Program-made: the position numbers and the translations under genes
Assembly (NCBI GenBank): GCA_037439545.1
Contig: JBBIVV010000018.1
Coordinates: forward strand, 6,715 to 42,127
Source of the DNA: a bacterium
Lineage (GTDB): Bacteria > JAMCPX01
Reading direction: 5' to 3'
Length of the DNA stretch: 35,413 bases
Part shown: piece by piece, positions 10,166 through 17,721 of the stretch
Numbering within the stretch: position 1 is the stretch's first letter
Layout of the letters: each line of letters begins with the position of its first letter
The notes under the pieces: generated by a model
What the model was told of the DNA's origin: nothing
Database searches by the model: none
What the model saw: only the letters and a program-made list of their open reading frames with translations

Positions 10166-10366
10166 TTACAGATAGGATAATTTTTTTAGCTTTTTGTAGA
10201 CGCGTTTTTTTGCTGCTATCTCTTTTCTTTTTCTTTCCACACTCGGTTTTTCATAGTATTCCCGTTTCCTGAGCTCTGTCTGTATACCGGCTCTTTCAAC
10301 GAGTTTTTTAAACCTTCTTAAAGCCTGTTCGAAATTTTCACCGTCTCTGACTATCACGCTTGTCAT
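10166..10366 (-). CDS. rpsU: 30S ribosomal protein bS21
   Basis: V.VR.GE.FE.ALRRFKK...[13 protein letters not shown]; strong GGAGGT SD; upstream of dnaG-rpoD. Confidence 0.97.
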   Translation of the reverse strand: MTSVIVRDGENFEQALRRFKKLVERAGIQTELRKREYYEKPSVERKRKEIAAKKRVYKKLKKLSYL

Positions 10367-10406
10367 TAATAACCCTACCTCCCTTCTTTTTGAGCATTAA
10401 AAATTA

Positions 10407-10434
10407 AGTATATACTTAATAAGTAGTTAGTCAA
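10407..10434 (-). promoter_or_regulatory. Putative sigma70 promoter of the rpsU-dnaG-rpoD operon
   Basis: TTGACT (10434-10429), 16-nt spacer, TATACT (10412-10407); the -10 lies inside a perfect 18-bp palindrome (10403-10420). Confidence 0.6.
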
Positions 10435-10471
10435 CAGATAATGTATTTCTGGATTATGGGTTAATTATTGC

Positions 10472-10539
10472 GGGATTTCCGCTGGAGTTTATCCCGCCTG
10501 CGGAGGGATGGGAATAACACAACAACCTCTTTCCTGCGG
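10472..10539. repeat. Degenerate REP-like palindromic element, copy 1
   Basis: 10472-10519 matches 34445-34492 at 34/48 ungapped positions, including an internal hairpin; 10523-10539 (CAACCTCTTTCCTGCGG) resembles 34401-34418 (CAACCGTCATTCCTGCGG). Confidence 0.65.
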
Positions 10540-10557
10540 TGAATATTCCACGAACTC

Positions 10558-12981
10558 CTAAATGCACTTTCCGGGCCTTATGAATACTATCATGACAAAC
10601 CATCCCAAGAGCAACAACAGGTAGGGAAACATGTCCCCTGCGTTGAACCTTCCGCCGGCCTGTTGACACGTGCAGCCCGATGAAGATGATTTGGCAGTGG
10701 TAAAGGTGTCCGTACCATTGTTCGGAGGATACACGGATATGTTTCCATCGGGATCGGCAGAAATGACCTGATATACATAGGTCGTATTGGAACCGAGGTT
10801 TTTCAGATTTACGATATGCGCGACTGTCATCGTCGTCGTGCCCGTTGAAAACGTTTGTGCCGGAGCGGCTTTGCTCCAATAGTGAACATAGCTTGAGCTG
10901 AGTTCATCCGTTGACCACATGATCTGGGCAGTGGAAGTGCCTGTTGATTTTCCGGTAACAGCGGATATGACAGGCGGTGTCGTATCTGAAGGTGTCGTGG
11001 TCGCTGACTGGACAAGAGCGAGTGCATTGAGTTTTCCGTATCCCCAGTCGTTATTCGGTGTCGTGCCTGTTGCAGAGTCCTGCGTTGCACTATTTTCAAG
11101 CAGGCCGATCGTTTCTGTTATATTGAGCCCGTTGTTCCTGTCGAAAAGCAGTGCAACAGCGCCGGCTATATGCGGACAAGCCATGCTTGTACCTCTCAAA
11201 ACAACATGGGTGCCGTCCTCCGTGATCAATTGCTGGGGAAAGGATGCCTTTGTAGAGAGTGCCGACACGATAACCTCTCCCGGCGCCGTAAGGTTCGGTT
11301 TCTGGCCTGTAATAGACGGACTTGGCGTAGGCCCCCTGCTTGAGAAGAATGACAGGTCTCCGACAGGCTGTGTATCGGGAAAATAGGCATAATAAGATGT
11401 CCCGTTGATCATGGTTGTCCATGAGAATTTTGTCACGAATGAACCTGCTGCAATGGCGTATTTTGCCGTCGCAGGGAAGGAGACAGTATCCGCATTATCT
11501 CCCGCAACAAGGGTATATCCGGCAGGTGGGGTGTTCGTGTACGTATCGAACAGACTGTTGTCCGTTGAAACCCATGCATTGAGCCGCTGTGCATTCGTAC
11601 TGTCATTGTTTTTGATAAACAGAACATACCGGTAAGCAGATAATGACTGCGTCAAATTTATTGAAGAACTGCCGTTGTTCGTAATACCGAGTACGACCTC
11701 ATTGCTGCTCGAACCTCCAAAGGCTATTGCACTTGCATCTATGGAAGCGTAACCATAGTTGCCGCCTAAATCTGTTGCAGGCAATGTCTGTCCCGTAGGC
11801 ACCCATGCTGTTTGAGCAAGTATAACGCCGCTTGGACTGACGACCCCGAGTCTAAACGAAAGGTCCGGTGTTGTCGTGTCATACCATAGATCAATGTATG
11901 CCTGGGTTGTATCCGGGTTTGCGGGGTTCGATCCCACAGAAAAATATGAAGCATAACTGCCGGCAGCAGCAGCAGTAAACCCGAGGTGCAGTGAGTTCCC
12001 TCCGTCATTCCCGGCTGCAATCACAATGGCCCTTGCAGGAGCCTGTGTTACAACTCCATCTATTGCCTGTTCCGTACTCGTCGAATCGTCATGCGGTCCT
12101 ATTTGAGCGCCAAGGCTCAAATTTACCACTGCAGGTTTGTTATATTTCGATGCAATGGAAAAAACATAATTGATCCCGTCAATAACATGTGCCTCTGTCA
12201 TGTCCGTTTTTACGATGACGAGCATGACATTGGGCGCCATGCCCGTATATATATTATTACCGCTGGCGATTATGCCCGTAACATGGGTGCCATGGCCTTC
12301 TGTATCCTGTTCTTTGCATTGATTATTGTTGATTTGATAGCCCGTGCATTCCTCCCCGTAATTATAGCTCTGGGGCGGAGCACAGTTGGATGAACTACAG
12401 GCAGTCGTTTGATCCCATAATGATATGACCTTCGTAGAACCGTCAGGATAACGGATGTCAGTCTGTGTCAGGTCGAGTCCGCTGTCAACAACACCGATAA
12501 TAACATCCCTGCCTGCATACGATCTCGGCAGTCCTGTCCCTTGATGAACGATGTTGCCATAAACAGCGGGTACGCTTTTATCGAGCAAAATATGCAGTTT
12601 CTTTGAAAGGGTAATATCTATGCAGTCCTGTCTCTGCACCAGGCTGTTCAAGAGTGATAAGGGGATGCTCGCGGTCACAATGCCGTTTATGGACGTCCCA
12701 ACCGAGCCGCCATTTTCCGTGATGAAATATTTTATTCCCGATATCGATGTTGTCTTTATTAAGACATTGACCATTGCATTACCGTTGATCGAAGAACGGC
12801 TTACAGACCCATTCAGGGACATTGGTGAAAGCCCTGACAGGGTTTCGGCAGAGAGAGAGTTGTAAGGAGAGACATTGTTGACTGCATTGTAAAGCTGCCT
12901 TAAAAACGGGTCTATCTTTGTATCTGCGCGGGCTGTCCCACCCGCACAAAGTATGAGAATGGTTAAAATCAATTTTTTCAT
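10558..12981 (-). CDS. Secreted S8 (subtilisin-like) serine peptidase with internal insert, FN3-like domain and C-terminal Cys/TM sorting tag
   Basis: Sec signal ending ARA; catalytic Asp (GVVDSG), His (GHGTHVTG), oxyanion Asn (AAGNDG), Ser (GTSMACPH); D.TPP.IS...W.TDE...Y.Y.V.S.D..GN FN3-like module; tail SSSSGCTC-linker-hydrophobic helix-RPGKCI. Confidence 0.9.
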   Translation of the reverse strand: MKKLILTILILCAGGTARADTKIDPFLRQLYNAVNNVSPYNSLSAETLSGLSPMSLNGSVSRSSINGNAMVNVLIKTTSISGIKYFITENGGSVGTSINGIVTASIPLSLLNSLVQRQDCIDITLSKKLHILLDKSVPAVYGNIVHQGTGLPRSYAGRDVIIGVVDSGLDLTQTDIRYPDGSTKVISLWDQTTACSSSNCAPPQSYNYGEECTGYQINNNQCKEQDTEGHGTHVTGIIASGNNIYTGMAPNVMLVIVKTDMTEAHVIDGINYVFSIASKYNKPAVVNLSLGAQIGPHDDSTSTEQAIDGVVTQAPARAIVIAAGNDGGNSLHLGFTAAAAGSYASYFSVGSNPANPDTTQAYIDLWYDTTTPDLSFRLGVVSPSGVILAQTAWVPTGQTLPATDLGGNYGYASIDASAIAFGGSSSNEVVLGITNNGSSSINLTQSLSAYRYVLFIKNNDSTNAQRLNAWVSTDNSLFDTYTNTPPAGYTLVAGDNADTVSFPATAKYAIAAGSFVTKFSWTTMINGTSYYAYFPDTQPVGDLSFFSSRGPTPSPSITGQKPNLTAPGEVIVSALSTKASFPQQLITEDGTHVVLRGTSMACPHIAGAVALLFDRNNGLNITETIGLLENSATQDSATGTTPNNDWGYGKLNALALVQSATTTPSDTTPPVISAVTGKSTGTSTAQIMWSTDELSSSYVHYWSKAAPAQTFSTGTTTMTVAHIVNLKNLGSNTTYVYQVISADPDGNISVYPPNNGTDTFTTAKSSSSGCTCQQAGGRFNAGDMFPYLLLLLGWFVMIVFIRPGKCI

Positions 12982-13913
12982 TGGTTAAACCTCGGCATAG
13001 TTAGATTTCCTGCAATGGATACATTAAAATAACCGGATTGGTCCCTTGTGAGGGTAAAAAAGGGTATTGACTTGCGTATTTGCTGTTCTAACTCCGGCAC
13101 AGGATTAAACTTGAGTTTCAGATCCAGAATACTGTACCCCAGCGGGGTTGTGAATGTGACGGTGCCGTCAAACTGAGAATTGATGTCCTTGCTCGTCTGG
13201 GATGCATTCTGCAGACTGAGCTTCCCATCCTTGATAAAGATCGGGAGGGTAATGGTGCCGAAGTTTACCTGTGGCAGTGTAAGTATGCCGAATAGCTTGG
13301 AAGGCTTCAGTACTACATTCTTCATGCTTATAAGACCGTTTCCGCTATCCTTCGTAACATTATTGGTAGATCCCTTTAAATCTATTTTTGCACTCAGTGT
13401 CCCCTCCATGTTCAGGCCGTAGTTACTTTTTATCATAGAATATTTGTCCATGTATATGTCCTTGATCACACCGATAACATAAAAGCTTGTCTTTTTGCTG
13501 CCCGCCTGAAATGACAGGGTACCATGGTAAAGCCTTGCATTGACCTTGAGTGCCAGCCATCCCTTTAAAAGGGAGAACAGGGCAGGGGTTAATTCGATAT
13601 CGCGTGCTTCAAGAAGAGTAGTTCCACTGTTTCCCGTCTTTTGTTCGACGGCTACGTCCTGGAGTTTCAGGCCTATGGGGAATGCTCCCGTTGCTTTTCT
13701 TATGCTTACCTCAATCGATGTTTTGTCTTTGATCCGGTCGCACAATTTTGTCGTAAGGTCATTGTAAGGGAAAAGGAACCATAAAAATATGAAGTAAAAT
13801 AAAAGAGCGACTGCCGCGTATGCCGCACCCTTTATCAGTGTCCATTTATACTCTGTAAGAAACTCACCGGCTGAGTTCGGCAAAGATTTTACTTTTTGCC
13901 AGAATTTATTCAT
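12978..13913 (-). CDS. gspN: Type II secretion system protein GspN (deltaproteobacterial type)
   Basis: N-terminal TM ending in FPY, then a beta-rich periplasmic region ending I.G.L..PRF; follows gspL-gspM. I prefer ATG 13913 (overlapping the gspM stop) to the track's 13934. Confidence 0.75.
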   Translation of the reverse strand: MNKFWQKVKSLPNSAGEFLTEYKWTLIKGAAYAAVALLFYFIFLWFLFPYNDLTTKLCDRIKDKTSIEVSIRKATGAFPIGLKLQDVAVEQKTGNSGTTLLEARDIELTPALFSLLKGWLALKVNARLYHGTLSFQAGSKKTSFYVIGVIKDIYMDKYSMIKSNYGLNMEGTLSAKIDLKGSTNNVTKDSGNGLISMKNVVLKPSKLFGILTLPQVNFGTITLPIFIKDGKLSLQNASQTSKDINSQFDGTVTFTTPLGYSILDLKLKFNPVPELEQQIRKSIPFFTLTRDQSGYFNVSIAGNLTMPRFNQ

Positions 13914-14466
13914 TCGCAGACCCCGGTATGACAACCTGCAGCCCTACATCGAGCAATGCCGGATTATTGTAAGGCGTCCTTGCATTCAATCTTTTTATCT
14001 TCAACTGGTACTGGCCGCCTATCTCTATTTTGTATAATAGATTGTCGAGCTGATAGAGATTGATTCCCTTTAACTTTACATCGACATACGATGTGGCATT
14101 ATCGGAAGATGTCCTTGGCTGGATGGAGTCATAAGAAACGCCGGCAGCATTGGCGATACTTTCAAGGTATGACATTATGGAAAAATCCTTCGGCACACTC
14201 TCATTGCCGCGGAGCAGTATCTCAAATTTCTTGTGTTCGCCGTACAATTTCTGCATTTCGACGAGGTTTGTCCTGTTATCCTTCAATTCTTTTTTTAATC
14301 TTACGCTATTGCGGTAGAGAGGTGCTATGATTGCGAGGTCGAGTATTACGAACAGGGTTAATGACAATGCACCGATCAGCAGCCATTTTTCCCTTTTATT
14401 AAGGCTGCCGAACCCTCTTTTCATTTCTGATAGCATATTAAAATTTTTTAGAAAATTGTTTATCAT
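13906..14466 (-). CDS. gspM: Type II secretion system protein GspM
   Basis: L..RE..L + single TM + P, coiled coil, ferredoxin-like C-terminus (V.L.GI.L.QL..LLY.IE); lies between gspL and gspN. Confidence 0.78.
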   Translation of the reverse strand: MINNFLKNFNMLSEMKRGFGSLNKREKWLLIGALSLTLFVILDLAIIAPLYRNSVRLKKELKDNRTNLVEMQKLYGEHKKFEILLRGNESVPKDFSIMSYLESIANAAGVSYDSIQPRTSSDNATSYVDVKLKGINLYQLDNLLYKIEIGGQYQLKIKRLNARTPYNNPALLDVGLQVVIPGSANE

Positions 14467-15914
14467 TTCAATGCTATACTGAGCTGGAATTCGAAACTCT
14501 TCTGGTCCGCCGCTTTGCGTGTGTCGATAACCTTTACGTCTTTTATTATATCAAAGTTTTTTATGCCTGTGACCATCTTGTCGATGCCGTCTATGGTCGG
14601 AGTTTTACCTCTCACCGTTATCTGCTCCGGGTCTATGGACAGCTCCGTTACATCAACCTTTACATCTTTCGGCACGCCTGCGCTTATCTCTCTGAGGATC
14701 TCGATGACCGGTATTGAGCCTGAAAGGTTTTCCGATTTTTTCTTTTCTTTTGAAACGAGGAAACGCATCGTGCCGAGAGGATCCCCGAGTGAAGGCTCGT
14801 TCGGGAAGGCATCTTTGAATAGCTGGTATATTTTCCTGTCGAGTGTATTGTTCCTCTGTTTCAGGCTTATATAACCGTAAGTCATGTTTACGACAAACAT
14901 GATAAGGATCATGCCCGCTATACCGAGTGTCGTGATCAGTCTTCCCTTTATTTGCTCTATGACGCGTTGAAATCTGAAAGAGCCTCTTCTGAGGTTTATC
15001 AGATTGTGCGGTTTTTTTAGTACATTCCTCAAGGCAAGTGCAAATGCAACGGTATAGTTTGATTCTATCGAGATATGCTCATCTATCACCGCCCGTGCGA
15101 TATCATTGATCGGTAGCGTAAAAGTCTGCAATCCGAGCTGTTTTTCAAAAAGAGGTCCCTTATCGGCAAACCTTCCTGCAAAAACGGCCGCGGTAATATT
15201 CGTATCAAATTTTCTCTCGACCATGTTTACGGCAAGTTTTATTTCATCGACGAGGGAGGATTGAGCAGGCCCGTTCAACGTATCAGTGCCTGCAGTCAGG
15301 TTTATCATAGGGGCATCGATCCTCAAATCCCGTGTCATTAATAAGCCGTTGCTATCGATGAACGTCAGCGATGTATGCCTATGTCCTATGTCTATGACGA
15401 CGAACGGCTCATTGAGTTTTATGTAAGCGGACAGATTTGAATAGGATGAGTGTGCAATATCTATTATGTTCGGATCCAGCCCGATATGTATTAAGATGTC
15501 GAGCCACTGCTTCATGCTTCCGGTATTTACAGAAAATGTGATTGCCAACGTACCGGCTTGATCCTTGTGGAGGATATTGTAATCCATGATGGTCTCTTCG
15601 AGACTGAACGGACTGACTTCTTCAAGCTCCGAGGCAATCGCCTGAGAAATAAATTTATCATCTGTAAAAGGGACGGTGATGGTATGTACCGATACCATGT
15701 CGGACGGTATGCCCACGATAACGTCCGATGACGATAATCCCTCGATGTCGAAAAATGCCTTAAGGCCCTCAAGGTTTTCAGCAGAGCCGATGTCCGTGTT
15801 TGGGGGGATTACAAACTCCTTAGCCCCTGAGTATTCAATACCCCGTAAAGTCGTTTTTAAGCTCACCAATTTTATTGAATATCTGCCTATGTCAATACCA
15901 AATATATTAGCCAT
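14463..15914 (-). CDS. gspL: Type II secretion system protein GspL (PilM-like actin domain + TM + PilN-like periplasmic domain)
   Basis: GIDIGRYSIK and VIDIGH..T actin-like repeats, INLRRG.F motif before a TM, then ILREIS..VP..V.V.EL.I...I..RG periplasmic domain. Confidence 0.78.
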   Translation of the reverse strand: MANIFGIDIGRYSIKLVSLKTTLRGIEYSGAKEFVIPPNTDIGSAENLEGLKAFFDIEGLSSSDVIVGIPSDMVSVHTITVPFTDDKFISQAIASELEEVSPFSLEETIMDYNILHKDQAGTLAITFSVNTGSMKQWLDILIHIGLDPNIIDIAHSSYSNLSAYIKLNEPFVVIDIGHRHTSLTFIDSNGLLMTRDLRIDAPMINLTAGTDTLNGPAQSSLVDEIKLAVNMVERKFDTNITAAVFAGRFADKGPLFEKQLGLQTFTLPINDIARAVIDEHISIESNYTVAFALALRNVLKKPHNLINLRRGSFRFQRVIEQIKGRLITTLGIAGMILIMFVVNMTYGYISLKQRNNTLDRKIYQLFKDAFPNEPSLGDPLGTMRFLVSKEKKKSENLSGSIPVIEILREISAGVPKDVKVDVTELSIDPEQITVRGKTPTIDGIDKMVTGIKNFDIIKDVKVIDTRKAADQKSFEFQLSIALK

Positions 15915-15918
15915 ATGG

Positions 15919-16884
15919 TTAAACGTTCGTTTCCCGGAACTGTCCTATATCCCTATATCTGTTATAACGGTTTTTAACAAGCTCATCTACAGGTATAGCT
16001 TTAAGCTCATCTACAGCCTTAAGTAAAGCATACTTTATTGTGTGCGCCATAAGCTTAAAATCATTGTGTGCGCCTCCGGGCGGTTCTTTTAATATCCCGT
16101 CAACCACGCCCGCTTTTTGTAAATCAGGTGCCGTTAATTTTAAAGCCTCTGCTGCCTGCGGTGCTTTTGACTGGTCTTTCCACAGTATGGACGCACAGCC
16201 TTCCGGAGATATGACGGAATACACGGCATATTCGAGAATAAACATTTTATCGACCAGCCCTATTGCCAGTGCACCTCCGCTGCTGCCTTCGCCTATTATG
16301 CAGCCGATGGTAGGAACATCGATCCCTGCAAGTTTTAATATGGATTCCGATATGGCTTCTGCCTGACCGCGTTCTTCCGCGCCTATGCCTGGATACGCCC
16401 CGGGCGTATCTATAAAAGTAATGACCGGTAAGGCAAATTTCTGCGCAAGATCCATCGCACGCATTGCTTTTCTGTATCCCTCGGGATTCGGCATGCCGAA
16501 GTTTCTCAAAGCTCTTTCCTTCGAGCCTCTTCCTTTCTGCTCGCCTATGAAAACAATCCTGTGTTTATCGAGCATTCCCATTCCTGCGACTATGGCGGTA
16601 TCGTCCTTGAACCTTCTGTCACCGTGTATCTCTATAAACTCATTGAAGATGAGATAAATATAATCATAGGTATAAGGCCTTTCAGGATGCCTCGAAAGCT
16701 GGACAATCTTCCATGCATTCAGGTTGGCGAAGGTATCTTCCTGAAGTTTTTTGACCTTTTTTTCAAGCCGTGAAATCTCGTCGGAAAGATCAATGCCTTC
16801 CGATGCTGAAAGCTGCTTGAATTCTTCTATTTTTTTTTCTAACTCATAAATGGGTTTTTCAAAATCAATTGGTTGATGAATCAT
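15919..16884 (-). CDS. accA: Acetyl-CoA carboxylase carboxyltransferase subunit alpha
   Basis: DFEKPI.EL, LSRHPERP, HGDR.F.DD, NFGMP.PEGYRKA.R, DTPGAYPG..AEERGQ, GEG.SGGALA, YSVISPEGCASILW; ATG 16884 preferred to GTG 16902. Confidence 0.97.
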   Translation of the reverse strand: MIHQPIDFEKPIYELEKKIEEFKQLSASEGIDLSDEISRLEKKVKKLQEDTFANLNAWKIVQLSRHPERPYTYDYIYLIFNEFIEIHGDRRFKDDTAIVAGMGMLDKHRIVFIGEQKGRGSKERALRNFGMPNPEGYRKAMRAMDLAQKFALPVITFIDTPGAYPGIGAEERGQAEAISESILKLAGIDVPTIGCIIGEGSSGGALAIGLVDKMFILEYAVYSVISPEGCASILWKDQSKAPQAAEALKLTAPDLQKAGVVDGILKEPPGGAHNDFKLMAHTIKYALLKAVDELKAIPVDELVKNRYNRYRDIGQFRETNV

Positions 16885-16892
16885 ATTTTTAA

Positions 16893-16921
16893 ATGATAAC
16901 ACCGCCTTTTTATTGCGTCAA
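16893..16921 (-). promoter_or_regulatory. Putative sigma70 promoter for the accA-gspLMN-peptidase unit
   Basis: TTGACG (16921-16916), 17-nt spacer, extended -10 TGtTATCAT (hexamer 16898-16893). Confidence 0.7.
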
Positions 16922-16955
16922 TGATAAAAATATGGTGTGCATGCGGGCACGGCAT

Positions 16956-16984
16956 TTGACAAAGGACAAGATCTTTTGTATGAA
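16956..16984 (+). promoter_or_regulatory. Possible promoter of the REC-PilZ gene
   Basis: Consensus TTGACA (16956-16961); at 17-nt spacing the -10 is TATGAA, which lacks the conserved last T. Confidence 0.4.
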
Positions 16985-17012
16985 CTGATAAAAAGGAAAA
17001 GGGGAATATCAC

Positions 17013-17696
17013 ATGATAAAGATCCTGCTTGTTGATGATATGAGAAATTTTCTTGATCTCGAAGTTTCTTTTTTACGAAGGGCTGAGTCGAAGATTATTA
17101 CGGCAAAAGACGGGGCAGAGGCGTTAAAATTAGCAAAGATAGAAAAACCCGATGTTATTCTGCTCGATTTGGAAATGCCCAAGATGAACGGCATCGAATG
17201 CTGCAGGATACTGAAGAGCGATTCGTCGTTAAAGAAAATTCCGGTTATTATGGTTACATCGACGGAGAAAAGAGGGGAGGCAATGAAGGCAGGATGCGAT
17301 GACTTCGTGCGCAAACCCATCAATGAGTCGGCGTTCCTCGAGGAGATTAAAAAGTTTGTAGAGATTAAGGTCCGCAAGGAAGAACGCTATGATATTTCGA
17401 TTGAAACAAAATATGAATACAAAAATAAGGTCGTTTCGGTTTATTCCAAGGACATGAGTTATTCGGGTCTTTCTATAATTACAAAGGACATTATACCTTT
17501 AAATACGATACTGAACATCAGCCTTGTATTGCCCTTCGGCAGTAAAACAGAAACGCATAAGTATAAGGCAAAGGTGATGAGGTCATTCAAGGAAGAAACG
17601 GACGATCATACAATCAACGGTATCGGACTCGAGTTTGTCGATGCCACATCAAAATCATTGTCTTCATTGAAAACGTTTATAGACGAAAAGAAATAA
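17013..17696 (+). CDS. Response regulator receiver domain fused to a PilZ domain
   Basis: KILLVDD, phospho-acceptor in ILLDLEMP.MNG, VIMVT, FVRKP; then RKEER (RxxxR) and DMSYSG (DxSxxG) c-di-GMP-binding motifs, GIGLEF. Confidence 0.9.
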   Translation: MIKILLVDDMRNFLDLEVSFLRRAESKIITAKDGAEALKLAKIEKPDVILLDLEMPKMNGIECCRILKSDSSLKKIPVIMVTSTEKRGEAMKAGCDDFVRKPINESAFLEEIKKFVEIKVRKEERYDISIETKYEYKNKVVSVYSKDMSYSGLSIITKDIIPLNTILNISLVLPFGSKTETHKYKAKVMRSFKEETDDHTINGIGLEFVDATSKSLSSLKTFIDEKK

Positions 17697-17721
17697 TTGA
17701 CCCGGAAAATCCATGTCCGGA

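Noticed and set aside
10135..10519. rpsU captured between a REP left end (CCGTCATTCC, 10135-10144) and the right arm at 10472
   Set aside because: Only a 10-nt match, which is also explained as part of the 26-nt repeat; rpsU is in its ancestral position.
10454..10879. 141-aa minus-strand ORF overlapping the peptidase 3' end
   Set aside because: Alternate frame of the S8 gene running into the repeat; no protein-like features.
13906..15914. Type IV pilus pilM-pilN-pilO operon
   Set aside because: The PilM-like and PilN-like parts are fused in one protein and followed by GspM- and GspN-like genes, with no pilP or pilQ; this fits T2SS better.
17697..17721. CCGGA...TCCGG hairpin between convergent genes as a terminator
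   Set aside because: Only a 5-bp stem with a long loop and no T-tract; too weak to call.
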